A stretch of 64,000 nucleotides of DNA, taken from contig JAEOTO010000015.1 of assembly GCA_016839805.1 (NCBI GenBank), forward strand, positions 1 to 64,000, written 5' to 3'. Shown here in pieces: positions 19,751 to 29,562 of this stretch (position 1 is the first letter of the stretch; each line of letters starts with the position of its first letter). This DNA is from Candidatus Hermodarchaeota archaeon (GTDB lineage: Archaea; Asgardarchaeota; Hermodarchaeia; Hermodarchaeales; Hermodarchaeaceae). A model generated the notes under the pieces. The model was not told the DNA's origin, ran no database searches, and was given only the letters and a program-made list of their open reading frames with translations. Both the position numbers and the translations under genes were made by a program.

Positions 19751-20413
19751 ATGCATGAGGTCTCAGTTATGAATGGTGATTTTCTCTTCTTGGTGTTCTT
19801 TCTGATTCAATTCCTCGTAATGATAGTAATTCGTGGATACTATGGCTGGAAATCCCCGGACCGGAAGAAATCACTACGCGAACTAACGAAAAACGCTGTT
19901 GAACATGAAGGACGACTTTCCTTCATTTTATTGATACTGGTGGGGATATTCATGATGGCTGCTCTTGTTCTCTACCTCTTTTACACGCCACTATTTCCTT
20001 GGCTAGTATTGCCTTTTCCTGATTGGCTCCGTTGGATTGGAGTCATCATTGGATTCATCTCGTTATTCTTGTTGTGGTGGGTGCATTCAACGTTGGGTCG
20101 AGCCTTTTCAAAAGCGTTAACCATACAAGAACGGCACATAGTAGTGTCTGATGGCCCCTATCGTCACGTACAGCATCCCATGTACACCGTCTTTCTTATT
20201 TACTTTCTCTCATGGTTTCTGATATCGACAAATATTTTCTTCATAATCGTGTGGGTATTATTCCTCTTTGTCGTTTTTGCCCGAATGCCCAAAGAAGAAG
20301 AAATGCTCCTTGATCAGTTTGGTGACAAATACCGAGAATACATGAATCGAACCGGACGCCTGCTTCCTCCGCTTCGCAAGAAAGACACCTCCAGCGACAT
20401 AGGTAAAGAATAG
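19751..20413 (+). CDS. ICMT/PEMT-family membrane methyltransferase
   Basis: GPYRHVQHPMY, EEEMLLDQFG, YMNRTGRLLP. Confidence 0.88.
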   Translation: MHEVSVMNGDFLFLVFFLIQFLVMIVIRGYYGWKSPDRKKSLRELTKNAVEHEGRLSFILLILVGIFMMAALVLYLFYTPLFPWLVLPFPDWLRWIGVIIGFISLFLLWWVHSTLGRAFSKALTIQERHIVVSDGPYRHVQHPMYTVFLIYFLSWFLISTNIFFIIVWVLFLFVVFARMPKEEEMLLDQFGDKYREYMNRTGRLLPPLRKKDTSSDIGKE

Positions 20414-20426
20414 GTGATAAAGATCA

Positions 20427-21164
20427 ATGTCTGGTACTCCATCTGAATCCATAAACAAATACGGCGTCAGCAGCATCATTCGAGAATTCGTTCTTGTCAT
20501 CTTTATTACCTTCCTACTTTGGGTGTCGGCAGGGTTTCAACTCTGGTTCAATGCCTGGGTCTATATCATCTTCCTACTCTTCTTCTCAGCGTTCTTTATG
20601 GGCGCTATGGTGCGAAAAAATCCCGTACTCCTCAACATCCGTGGAGCTCCACGAAAAGCGATGCGCGAAGGAAAAATGCAGCGATACGATAAGATCTTTT
20701 TTGCATTCTATGTGCCGCTATTCCTCCTCATCCCAATTATTGCTGGATTGGATTTCCGCGGATTCTTCTGGATGTATCCATTCTTTCTATTCCCGCTCAC
20801 CCTATGGCTCGTCCTCATCGGATTCATCCTTATTGTGGTCGGTGAAAGTATCTTTGCCTGGGCGATGGTTGCTAATCCCTTCTTTCATGGGATGATGAAA
20901 ATTCAGGATGAACGAGGCCATCAAGTCGTATCCAAGGGGCCATATCAGTGGGTCCGTCACCCCGGGTATCTCGGTCAGATTCTCTTCTATCTCGGTTCAC
21001 CCTTATTGCTTGGATCCTGGTGGGCTTTCTTACTAGGAGTCATCATGGGGTTCGCCTTTATCTATCGTACTGCCAGAGAGGATCAAGCCCTCCTTGAAGA
21101 ACTCGAGGGATACAACAAGTATGCAAAGGATATTCCTAAGCGACTATTTCCGGGAATCTGGTAA
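20427..21164 (+). CDS. ICMT/PEMT-family membrane methyltransferase
   Basis: GPYQWVRHPGY, REDQAL, RLFPGIW. Confidence 0.9.
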   Translation: MSGTPSESINKYGVSSIIREFVLVIFITFLLWVSAGFQLWFNAWVYIIFLLFFSAFFMGAMVRKNPVLLNIRGAPRKAMREGKMQRYDKIFFAFYVPLFLLIPIIAGLDFRGFFWMYPFFLFPLTLWLVLIGFILIVVGESIFAWAMVANPFFHGMMKIQDERGHQVVSKGPYQWVRHPGYLGQILFYLGSPLLLGSWWAFLLGVIMGFAFIYRTAREDQALLEELEGYNKYAKDIPKRLFPGIW

Positions 21165-21317
21165 GGATTAGATTCCTATTTTCAAAGGTGCAAACTCTAA
21201 AAGAAGTGACAATTTTGTCTCCGTTTATTTAAACTATGGTTAGTAAAACATATAAACAAGTATCTAGGTGATGGATGCTCTCCCAATCACGGTCTAAGAA
21301 TGATATAGGTGAAAGAC

Positions 21318-22442
21318 ATGGAAGACAATCAATTGGAACTCGTTGATGTGAAATACCATCATCTTGTCCTCGAAGGATCGTAATATGAAGCAGGAAAGCA
21401 ACTCGCGGAACTAATCAGCCAAGAACCTGGCGCGAAGCAGTTTTTCACTTCCGGGAAGGTGAATATCAGGAAATTGGGATTCAAAGACTTCGACACGTTA
21501 TGGTATTATTGTGAGGTGTGTTGTCCCGGGATAACAGATGAGATACAGGGCTTTGCGGATGAACTAAATATCTCACCCCAGAATATGCCCTTCTGGAACT
21601 GGACCTTTGCCCCCTCGCTAGGAGGTGGCTGCTCTCAACTCACTGTCCTCTCTTCGGCGACTCAAGACCAATATATCTATGCAGGACGCAGTTATGAATG
21701 GACCCATAAAGAAGAAGATCTGAAATTCTTCACAAATCGGATTAACGGAAAAGCAAACCACATTGGTTTCTCGTGTCTGCTCTTTGGTCGCCACGATGGA
21801 ATAAACGAACATGGTTTAGTAGTTTCAATGTCTGGAGGAGGAATTTTTCGAGTGTCATTCAAAAATCGAGGACCCATGTTCTGGCTCACCATCCGCGCTT
21901 TACTCGACCAAGGTACATCGGTCAAAACAGCCTTAGACCTCCTTGAAACGCTTCCCATGACCGGATACCTCACCTTCATGTTGGTGGATAAGACAGATTG
22001 TGCAGCTCTGGTTGAAGTAGCCGATGGATCGATGAGTGTAAAGAACATCAATCGCGATAGCCCAGAATCCTATGACTTCTCACTCAACCATTTCCGTCAC
22101 CCGGACATGGTCAAGTACAATGAACTCAATGTTGGAATCATCCACCACTCCAAAATCCGAGAAGCTATAATCAACAAAAGCATTGAACAGCATTCTCCGA
22201 AAATGACGAAACAGAACGTCCAAGACCTGTTTGCAACCCTCCACCCTGATGGTTTGTGCAACCACTTCTATAATGATGGGTTTGGCACATTATGGTCAAT
22301 GATTTTCAATGTCACAGAGATTTCGGTCGATATCTGCTGTGGTGCCCCCACACATAATGCGTATCACACGTATCGATTAGATGATCCAATCGGAGTTACT
22401 CCTATTCCAACCATAATACCTATCACCAAGGCCAAGCTATAA
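21318..22442 (+). pseudogene. C45 Ntn-hydrolase (acyl-CoA:6-APA acyltransferase family) with in-frame TAA at codon 22 (intact ORF 21459-22442)
   Basis: GGCS autoprocessing Cys, GRSYEW, DGINEHGL, NHF, GTLWS; upstream in-frame LEGS*YEAG from ATG 21318 with GGTGA RBS. Confidence 0.8.
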
Positions 22443-22469
22443 CCCGTGAGAAATGGAAAGCCGGTGTAG

Positions 22470-22967
22470 GTGACGATTGTGCCGTATAAACGGAAGACCT
22501 GGCAAGAAAAGCTCGAAGATTCCAAAAGCATGCCAAAAATCGTTCCCCTTCAAGCCAATTTTCCTTGTCAGCGAGCACTCGAAAAAATGGGCGCAACAAT
22601 CGGAGATAGTGTCGTCCTTGCACCCCCCTCTGATGTCTTAGCAATCATGAGCACCATACCCAAAGGTAAACTCATAACCTTAACACAGATTTGTGAACGC
22701 CTTGCTCTTAAGCATGGAGCTCAATATTGTTGCACCCTCACCACGGGCATCTTTATCACCATCGTTGCAAATGCCGCTGAAGAAACCGGTAGTGACGTAC
22801 CCTTTTGGCGTACGATTAAAAACAATGGAGAACTTAACTCCAAATATCCCGGTGGTGCAGAACATCAAAAAGCACTACTCGAAGATGAAGGTTACACCAT
22901 AATCCAAAAAGGCAAAAAACATATCCGATATCTTGTCAAAGACTTCGAAAAGTATCTTCTCAAATAA
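22470..22967 (+). CDS. MGMT DNA-binding-domain / alkyltransferase-like (ATL) protein
   Basis: IPKGKLIT, PFWR in place of PCHR, QKALLEDEG. Confidence 0.8.
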   Translation: MTIVPYKRKTWQEKLEDSKSMPKIVPLQANFPCQRALEKMGATIGDSVVLAPPSDVLAIMSTIPKGKLITLTQICERLALKHGAQYCCTLTTGIFITIVANAAEETGSDVPFWRTIKNNGELNSKYPGGAEHQKALLEDEGYTIIQKGKKHIRYLVKDFEKYLLK

Positions 22968-22988
22968 TCTGAATCGTGTAGATATCCT

Positions 22989-24332
22989 CTACAGGACCTC
23001 CAAAATTTTCTCTAAAACCTGAAGCCCTTTAGATTCAGCTTCTCGAGCCGCTTCTAGTGCCTCAACAGCTTCTCTACTCTGATCATTAACTTTGATGGGA
23101 TCCATTGTGAGATCTGGAGAAAACGGAAAGAGTTTGTTGACTTTAACGAGATTTCGAGACACAGCATCATAATAGCCGATTGCTTTCTCTAGAATCGGAT
23201 TGAGTCTTTCATCTAACCGATCTTGGGCTTCCTTCAAAAACTCGACAGCCATAATGCGACATTCAGCCCATACAGCAGCATTATATGCTACACCAAAAGC
23301 TATGGCCGTTCCAGACTCCACCGCATTAATCCAGGTGTCATATCCCTTCAACCCTGATTTGTATTGAGGATACTGAATCCAGTCCTTCGGGTTTTGGGCA
23401 TGTTTCAGCACATTCTGAAATGCTTGTTTCACCGTAGTGATGTCATCAGCGGATTTTATCTTCCTCACGCTATTTATTTCCAACAAAGTGACGTCAGTGG
23501 TCCCAACCTCCTGCCACGGCTTCGGACCCCCTCCATCTTCCACACGGTACCCCTTATAGTAGTATCCGACATCATCGTATCCGTAGATGATGTAGAAATC
23601 AGCAATATCACCAATCTGCCACCCAAAGCAGGGTTGTTCCGCATCAATGGCTTTTTGAACAAATTTCCAAGCCTGTTTCTGTTTCTCCTTGAAATCAGGG
23701 TCGCTTTTCCATGCTATCAGGCCATCGATTTTCGCTCCAAGATTACGAGCCAATTCATGGATCATTATCGTCTTCCATGCTGTCGGTCCACTTGGGCAAA
23801 GATCTTTGGCAATATTCAGAATAAAACCATGCCCCGTTGCCCCATATAACCAGGGTTTTGAGACACTCAATCCCAAATACTCCAAACACCCATCCAAACA
23901 ACCTAAATGTGAAACATAATGTGGCTTAAACTGCAAATTATTCAATCTCTTCATTTGACGACTTCCCGTCCGTAATCCAGCATAGCGATCCATTATGCGT
24001 CGACGACCATTGGTAATCCGAATCTGCGAGTCTACATACGATTCAACAATCGCCTGAAGCAGTTCCCGACCATCCATTGAAATTTGATAGGAACCCCGTT
24101 CCTTTCGCACTACTAATCCTCGTCCGATAAGTTGTGTGAGGTGATTAGCGAGTGCCGTTCGACTGATCTGTGTCGCCCGAAGTATATCCATAAAGGACTT
24201 TGTATTATCTGCGAGGAGTGTGAGAATCTCCAGCCGTTTGGAATGTGCTACTGCTCGCAGGGTTCGGGCGATATCACTTTTCGCTTCATCGACTGTTGCT
24301 CTCAGATCCTCCAATTTGATCGGCTCATCCAT
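22989..24332 (-). CDS. ArsR-type winged-HTH regulator fused to BtrH-like (papain-fold) domain
   Basis: AVAHSKRLEIL...ISRTALANH HTH; C-terminal WLYGATG..F, IIYGYDD, GLKGYDTW resemble the BtrH_N/DUF4872 layout. Confidence 0.7.
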   Translation of the reverse strand: MDEPIKLEDLRATVDEAKSDIARTLRAVAHSKRLEILTLLADNTKSFMDILRATQISRTALANHLTQLIGRGLVVRKERGSYQISMDGRELLQAIVESYVDSQIRITNGRRRIMDRYAGLRTGSRQMKRLNNLQFKPHYVSHLGCLDGCLEYLGLSVSKPWLYGATGHGFILNIAKDLCPSGPTAWKTIMIHELARNLGAKIDGLIAWKSDPDFKEKQKQAWKFVQKAIDAEQPCFGWQIGDIADFYIIYGYDDVGYYYKGYRVEDGGGPKPWQEVGTTDVTLLEINSVRKIKSADDITTVKQAFQNVLKHAQNPKDWIQYPQYKSGLKGYDTWINAVESGTAIAFGVAYNAAVWAECRIMAVEFLKEAQDRLDERLNPILEKAIGYYDAVSRNLVKVNKLFPFSPDLTMDPIKVNDQSREAVEALEAAREAESKGLQVLEKILEVL

Positions 24333-24381
24333 CGGAATCGCCTGCTGAAAACAGATGACCAGTTTCTGGAATATAAATGTA

Positions 24382-24415
24382 TTTGTGAATAATAAACCTA
24401 AATTTTGTGAATAAT
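24382..24415. promoter_or_regulatory. 12-bp direct repeat upstream of TATA box of the ArsR-BtrH gene
   Basis: TTTGTGAATAAT at 24382-24393 and 24404-24415 (22-bp period); TTTATA on minus strand at about 24372-24377. Confidence 0.55.
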
Positions 24416-24417
24416 GT

Positions 24418-25152
24418 TTAGGTGGTTTTTTGCCTCCGTTTCACTTCACGGTTAATTCGGAGTTCTCGTACAAAACGGTAGAGTTCACCTGTCTTCATAC
24501 GATAAATGGCTAGATAGAAGATGACAAACATAACGATCAGGATTAACGGAGCCCAGATGCCACGTGGATTCAAGAACCATGCAATCGGCAGTAAGATGAA
24601 TAGAAATCCAAAGACCCATAGGATGGGAAAACCAAAAACCCATTTACGACAACTTTGTGTAGTTTTCAAATAACTGGTGTATTCAATCTTTAATCCGAGT
24701 TCTCCAGGAGAGTAACGGTAGAATCCTTCGAATTTAACACGGGCGATAATGCCACCGAGGTATCGACCCCATGGATATACGCCATAGGAAACGAAGACGC
24801 TTCCTATTGCTAAAAGAACGTTCATAATGACAAGGAAAAGAACTGGGTTATACCCAATTACTACGATTAGCCAGCGTTCAAGATATAGGAGGATGGTGAT
24901 GTTTCCCCAGAAGAAGACTGAGGCAATGAGGAAAAAGAGCAAGAGACCTTTTCTGACACCAAAAACAACTTTCTGTTTGAAAAGTCGATTTCGAACCTCT
25001 GCAGCTTTAATAATTGCTGACTCATCTAAATCCTTGGGATCTTGTCGTTTCATTTGACCTATAATGCGCCAGAAGGCTCTTCGAACAACTTTGGTGTCCC
25101 CCTCTTGGTCTAATCGTTTTTCAATTTGGTTTAATTCAGCTAAAAACGGCAC
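24418..25152 (-). CDS. Hypothetical membrane protein (4 TM)
   Basis: 244-aa ORF with helical N-terminus and four hydrophobic segments. Confidence 0.75.
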   Translation of the reverse strand: MPFLAELNQIEKRLDQEGDTKVVRRAFWRIIGQMKRQDPKDLDESAIIKAAEVRNRLFKQKVVFGVRKGLLLFFLIASVFFWGNITILLYLERWLIVVIGYNPVLFLVIMNVLLAIGSVFVSYGVYPWGRYLGGIIARVKFEGFYRYSPGELGLKIEYTSYLKTTQSCRKWVFGFPILWVFGFLFILLPIAWFLNPRGIWAPLILIVMFVIFYLAIYRMKTGELYRFVRELRINREVKRRQKTT

Positions 25153-25332
25153 GAGAACATCCTCATGACTTGTGGGATTCTTCTTGTATAAAACAAAGAA
25201 TGGTTGTTTAGCGTGTAAAAAAAGTATTAGGCAATTGCCAAGAAGGTGAACCTTGGTAATGCTTAGATGATTTCAAAACATCTTTTAATTGGACCAAATC
25301 GCTATACTGACAAGAATATGAGAGAAAACGAT

Positions 25333-26940
25333 TTACCAACCGATGGCAATTCCATCCGCTCTGGGACTAGATCCGCCACACAACACACCTGTGTTTGGAT
25401 TCCGGGTGATGATTTGACCCCGACCGAACATCATTCTAGCACTGCCTGAAATGGGAATGACTTTGTGTCCCATTTGTTGAAGTGCCTTTAGGGTGGATTT
25501 AGGTATTTGATCTTCCAGTGCCACTTCACCATAACTTGTTCCTCCCCGAATGGTGAATCGGGGAGCATCGAGGGCTTGTTGGCTGTTCATTCCAAAATCA
25601 ATCATGTTTAATACCACCTGTACATGTCCTTGGGGTTGATTGAAACCTCCCATTACACCAAAACTTGCGTAAAGTTCCTTATCCTTAGTAGCCATAGCGG
25701 GGATGATGGTGTGATATGGTCTTTTTTTAGGAGCAAGTGCATTTGGGTGCTTTGGATTAAGGGAGAAGTTGGCGCCGCGATTTTGTAACGTGAATCCGCA
25801 GTTTTTTGGTATCAATCCCGTGCCAAAGCCCATATAATTTGAATTAATAAAACTACAAGCATTTCCATCACCATCCACAACCGAAAAGTACACCGTATCT
25901 GAGCTTCTCAATGGTGATCCTTTCTTGAAACCTAAATTCGCTTTTTTAGGATCGATTAACTTCCTTCTTTGGGTGGCATAGTCCTTCGAAAGAAGTTCTT
26001 TAATTGGCACTGAAACAACCGCAGGATCAGCCACATACCATCGGGTATCTGCAAATGCAAGCCGCATTGCTTCAATCATAAGATGAAGATGTTCAACAGA
26101 TGAATGTTGTATTGATGTAAAATCATACTCTTCAATTATATTTAGAGCAATAAGTGCTGTTATACCTTGTCCATTCGGGGGTATTTCAAACACGTCAATC
26201 CCCCGGTAATTAACTGATATGGGTTCATCGAAGGTGTTTTTATGGTTCTTTAAATCCGTATGGCTCATCACGCCTCCTTTTGATTGAAGTAATTCAATAA
26301 TTGCCTCCGCTACACGGCCCTCGTAAAACCCACTCTTTCCATGTTCAGCGAGTTCGCGAAAGGTCTTAGCCATTGTTGGGATCTTCATAATTTCTCCAGC
26401 TTTAGGGGCTCTTCCGTCCACCATCATCTCATTAGCATGAGGTCCCTGCTTCAATTGTTTAACACCTCGTTGCCAGGAAGCTGCAGTTAAAGGGGCAACT
26501 GGGAAACCTCTTTCAGCTAATTGGATTGCTGGAGCTAACACCTCTTTCAACTTCATTGTACCAAATTTTTCAACAGTATCAACCCATCCCGCAGCAGCTC
26601 CAGGCACCGTTACTGTGTGAACGCTATAAGGAGGAAGCCTCTTGGAGTAGCCTAATTCACTTAATGTCTCTAGACTCAAATTAGCCGGAGCACGGCCACT
26701 AGCATTTATTCCTTGTATGCTCTTCCTTTTCCTATCGAAAAAGAGACAAAAGCAATCTCCCCCAATTCCTGTTGAACATGGCTCAGTAACATTCAATACT
26801 GCAGTCGTTGCCACCGCAGCATCTGCGGCATTTCCACCAGCTTGGAGAATGCGGATACCAGCTTCTGAGGCAAGCGGTTGACTCGAAGCAACAATACCAT
26901 TCTTAGCATAGACTGGTGAGCGATACGATATGAACTCCAT
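25333..26940 (-). CDS. ggt: Gamma-glutamyltransferase
   Basis: GGNAADAA, TGIGGD, TVPG, D-T autoprocessing site (SDTVYFSVVD), RPYHTIIP, GVMGG. Confidence 0.95.
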   Translation of the reverse strand: MEFISYRSPVYAKNGIVASSQPLASEAGIRILQAGGNAADAAVATTAVLNVTEPCSTGIGGDCFCLFFDRKRKSIQGINASGRAPANLSLETLSELGYSKRLPPYSVHTVTVPGAAAGWVDTVEKFGTMKLKEVLAPAIQLAERGFPVAPLTAASWQRGVKQLKQGPHANEMMVDGRAPKAGEIMKIPTMAKTFRELAEHGKSGFYEGRVAEAIIELLQSKGGVMSHTDLKNHKNTFDEPISVNYRGIDVFEIPPNGQGITALIALNIIEEYDFTSIQHSSVEHLHLMIEAMRLAFADTRWYVADPAVVSVPIKELLSKDYATQRRKLIDPKKANLGFKKGSPLRSSDTVYFSVVDGDGNACSFINSNYMGFGTGLIPKNCGFTLQNRGANFSLNPKHPNALAPKKRPYHTIIPAMATKDKELYASFGVMGGFNQPQGHVQVVLNMIDFGMNSQQALDAPRFTIRGGTSYGEVALEDQIPKSTLKALQQMGHKVIPISGSARMMFGRGQIITRNPNTGVLCGGSSPRADGIAIGW

Positions 26941-27092
26941 AAATGGATGATACTTACGAAAACTCAAAACCGTATTGGTTCATAGGATATCTGACTTGAT
27001 TCAGGAGTTATGTAAAAAAGAAGGGAGAGGGGGCGTTCGAGTTTCTGTTACCCCCTAGGTTCTATTTGGAGTTGTGACGGTTGTTACTAGAT

Positions 27093-29348
27093 TCACCTAC
27101 GTCGTTTAGCGACAAAGTAGCCAATGAGTAATCCAATCACCATCATGATAACGCCAACGGCGATGATGATTCCAATAGTAGTCATCGACATCGGTGGTTC
27201 TCCAAGGGAGAAATCGACCGTACTTGATGCCATAACCACAAAGGTGACTCTACCCGTGTACCGTGCAGTGTAACTGGCAGTGTAGGTCATACTGAATGGA
27301 AATGATGCACTAGCTGCAATGATGTATTGGAAGAGTGTGCCCACAATGAATGGGGTATTCCCATAGATATCGATGAAGTAGCCGTAGGCGATATCGCCAT
27401 CGTAATGTAGTACTAAGTTTAGAATGTAGGTGTTACCGGCGACAACATTGAATGTATATGTAGCGTAGTCAAGATCGAATAGGGTCACTGTACTGACTGT
27501 TCCTAGCGTGTAGGGCATTGGTGGTGTAATGTCAAGACTGACTTGGCACTCTGTAGTATCGCCACCAATCATCCCCGGTCCTCGCACCCAAAGATAGTTG
27601 ATTCTATCTCGAACTGCGACATAGGTTAAAGTTGCAGAATCATTGGTGTTTTGAGCCCAAGAACCCCCTGAGGGTGGGTCCGATTTACCAAGTGCGGGGC
27701 CAAACATGCTCATCCATTCCCAGTCAAGGTATGGGCTGGGTTGCATCATGTCTTCTATACGAATGGCTCCAGTCGATGTATAATTGGTTGGGATTGCACT
27801 AGCTGAATAAATGTTTCCGCTCGCTTCGGGGATAGCAAAGATGTGGTAAAATGGTCCAATAGTACTGTTGAAATCGAAGCTAAGTCCACCAGGCGTTAAT
27901 TCAGGGAATGGTGTAATTTCGAAATTAGCTGTAATATTAAATGTTGTACTGTGAATTCCACTAGTTGGGGCGGCTTCTACATGGAAGTAGAATGTGTTAA
28001 ACCAGCTATTTACGCCAAATGGACCTGGCGGAATAGCTGCGACATTAGTTCCATTAATATACACTGTATAGGTGGCTTGCGCCTCCCACTGTTCAAAATA
28101 CATGTTCCCATCTAAAGCAGGCGTTGGGTAACCCATACCCATGGCGGTTGCCCAACCACGTTCAAGGGTCTCACTTTCATTGTAAATCGAAGAGGGATCC
28201 TTGTATTCTTCAAAATAGGGACCAGAATATGAACCCGTCCAGGCATCTTCTCCCCAAACTGTCCAGTTAGAACCAGATGGGTTGGAGAAATAGGCGTTGA
28301 AGTAGTGGCCTTCTGGAATGGTGACAGCTACGTAGGTATCAAGAACATTGGGCGTCGTATTGAATTGAAGCTCGAGGGGTTGGTTTGGTAAGAGGATTTG
28401 GGTTGGAATAGCAGAGATGCTCAAAGTGAAGTTTGCCATAGAAGAATTGAGAAAGGTGAAATCATTACTCTTTCCAAGTAGGTAGTAGTCTCCACCTTTC
28501 ATTAAATTCCGATTAATCATTGGACCAATGGTGCTGCTATTCGCATCTGGTCCTGCTGGAACACTATGACCAGGGCTCCACATGTTATAGGATAGATATT
28601 GACCATGTTCGAGATCAATCAAAAATACTCCTACTGGGCTGATAAAGCCGCCAGGATATCCTGCCGTTGTGTCCCAATCCAATCGAGTGTAAGCACTGAT
28701 ATTGTATAAATTATCAGATGGTAGGTTGATCCGAAGGCCTTGCCAAGTTTGATCTGTAGTCCACTCTAGTGTGGAGTTTTGACCTAATGGCATAGCATCA
28801 GGTAGCGAAGAGAAAGCAAATAACTGGTCAACTGTAAGGTTTGCACTAACTTGGTCAATTGCACTTGGACCAGAAATCCCAAAGTCAACTCGAATGAAAC
28901 CAGTACGGACAGCAATAACGTCCGTATCATAATAGTCAGCTGAATCATTCAACATGCCAAACCAAGTACTACTGTCAAAGAACTGTTGTGTTTGAAGGTA
29001 GGTACCCATTCCAGGCATCCACTGGCTAACACTTTGATAGAATTCTACGAAGGGAAAAACACCTCCAATGGGTGCTATGTCAACGTAGAAGGATATGTTG
29101 AGTCGATAAATTCCTGGTTCAATAATGACTACTTCAAGACTTTCCATGGGATGACTCTCATTCACCATGAACGAGGTTACATCATTCACAGGAGCCGGTA
29201 ATGCGTAAACAGAAGCCTGATTAGATAATCCCTCGTTACCGGGCATATTGGGTAAAAGGGAATTCACTAATCCAAACTGAAATACTAGTAAACTGATCAC
29301 TAATAGACTAACTTTCCAAATTTTTCGATTCATTTTCTCAGATCTCAC
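27093..29348 (-). CDS. Secreted, membrane-anchored beta-rich surface protein
   Basis: Signal peptide; many NxS/T sequons; C-terminal TM followed by KRRR. Confidence 0.8.
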   Translation of the reverse strand: MRSEKMNRKIWKVSLLVISLLVFQFGLVNSLLPNMPGNEGLSNQASVYALPAPVNDVTSFMVNESHPMESLEVVIIEPGIYRLNISFYVDIAPIGGVFPFVEFYQSVSQWMPGMGTYLQTQQFFDSSTWFGMLNDSADYYDTDVIAVRTGFIRVDFGISGPSAIDQVSANLTVDQLFAFSSLPDAMPLGQNSTLEWTTDQTWQGLRINLPSDNLYNISAYTRLDWDTTAGYPGGFISPVGVFLIDLEHGQYLSYNMWSPGHSVPAGPDANSSTIGPMINRNLMKGGDYYLLGKSNDFTFLNSSMANFTLSISAIPTQILLPNQPLELQFNTTPNVLDTYVAVTIPEGHYFNAYFSNPSGSNWTVWGEDAWTGSYSGPYFEEYKDPSSIYNESETLERGWATAMGMGYPTPALDGNMYFEQWEAQATYTVYINGTNVAAIPPGPFGVNSWFNTFYFHVEAAPTSGIHSTTFNITANFEITPFPELTPGGLSFDFNSTIGPFYHIFAIPEASGNIYSASAIPTNYTSTGAIRIEDMMQPSPYLDWEWMSMFGPALGKSDPPSGGSWAQNTNDSATLTYVAVRDRINYLWVRGPGMIGGDTTECQVSLDITPPMPYTLGTVSTVTLFDLDYATYTFNVVAGNTYILNLVLHYDGDIAYGYFIDIYGNTPFIVGTLFQYIIAASASFPFSMTYTASYTARYTGRVTFVVMASSTVDFSLGEPPMSMTTIGIIIAVGVIMMVIGLLIGYFVAKRRR

Positions 29349-29562
29349 TAAATTTTCATTTTTTTCTGAGTTGTAATACAGACGATTCCCGCTGGAATAT
29401 CAGAATCGTGCAGTACGTACGGCTTAATACAGAAACCGGTATAAAAAATTGTATCGGTTACCCTGTTCTAAGGATTAATCAATTAAACTTCTTTGAAACT
29501 TGTAGTTTCATTGATCCGGATCGAGACTAGCGTATGATGGGATAAGTCAAAGTAAATGGGTG

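Noticed and set aside
10792-21383. Genome-wide amber (pyrrolysine) recoding as the cause of the internal stops
   Set aside because: TAG ends several genes at plausible natural C-termini (e.g. 1857, 2374, 13793, 14895), one internal stop is TAA, and no pyl genes are in the window
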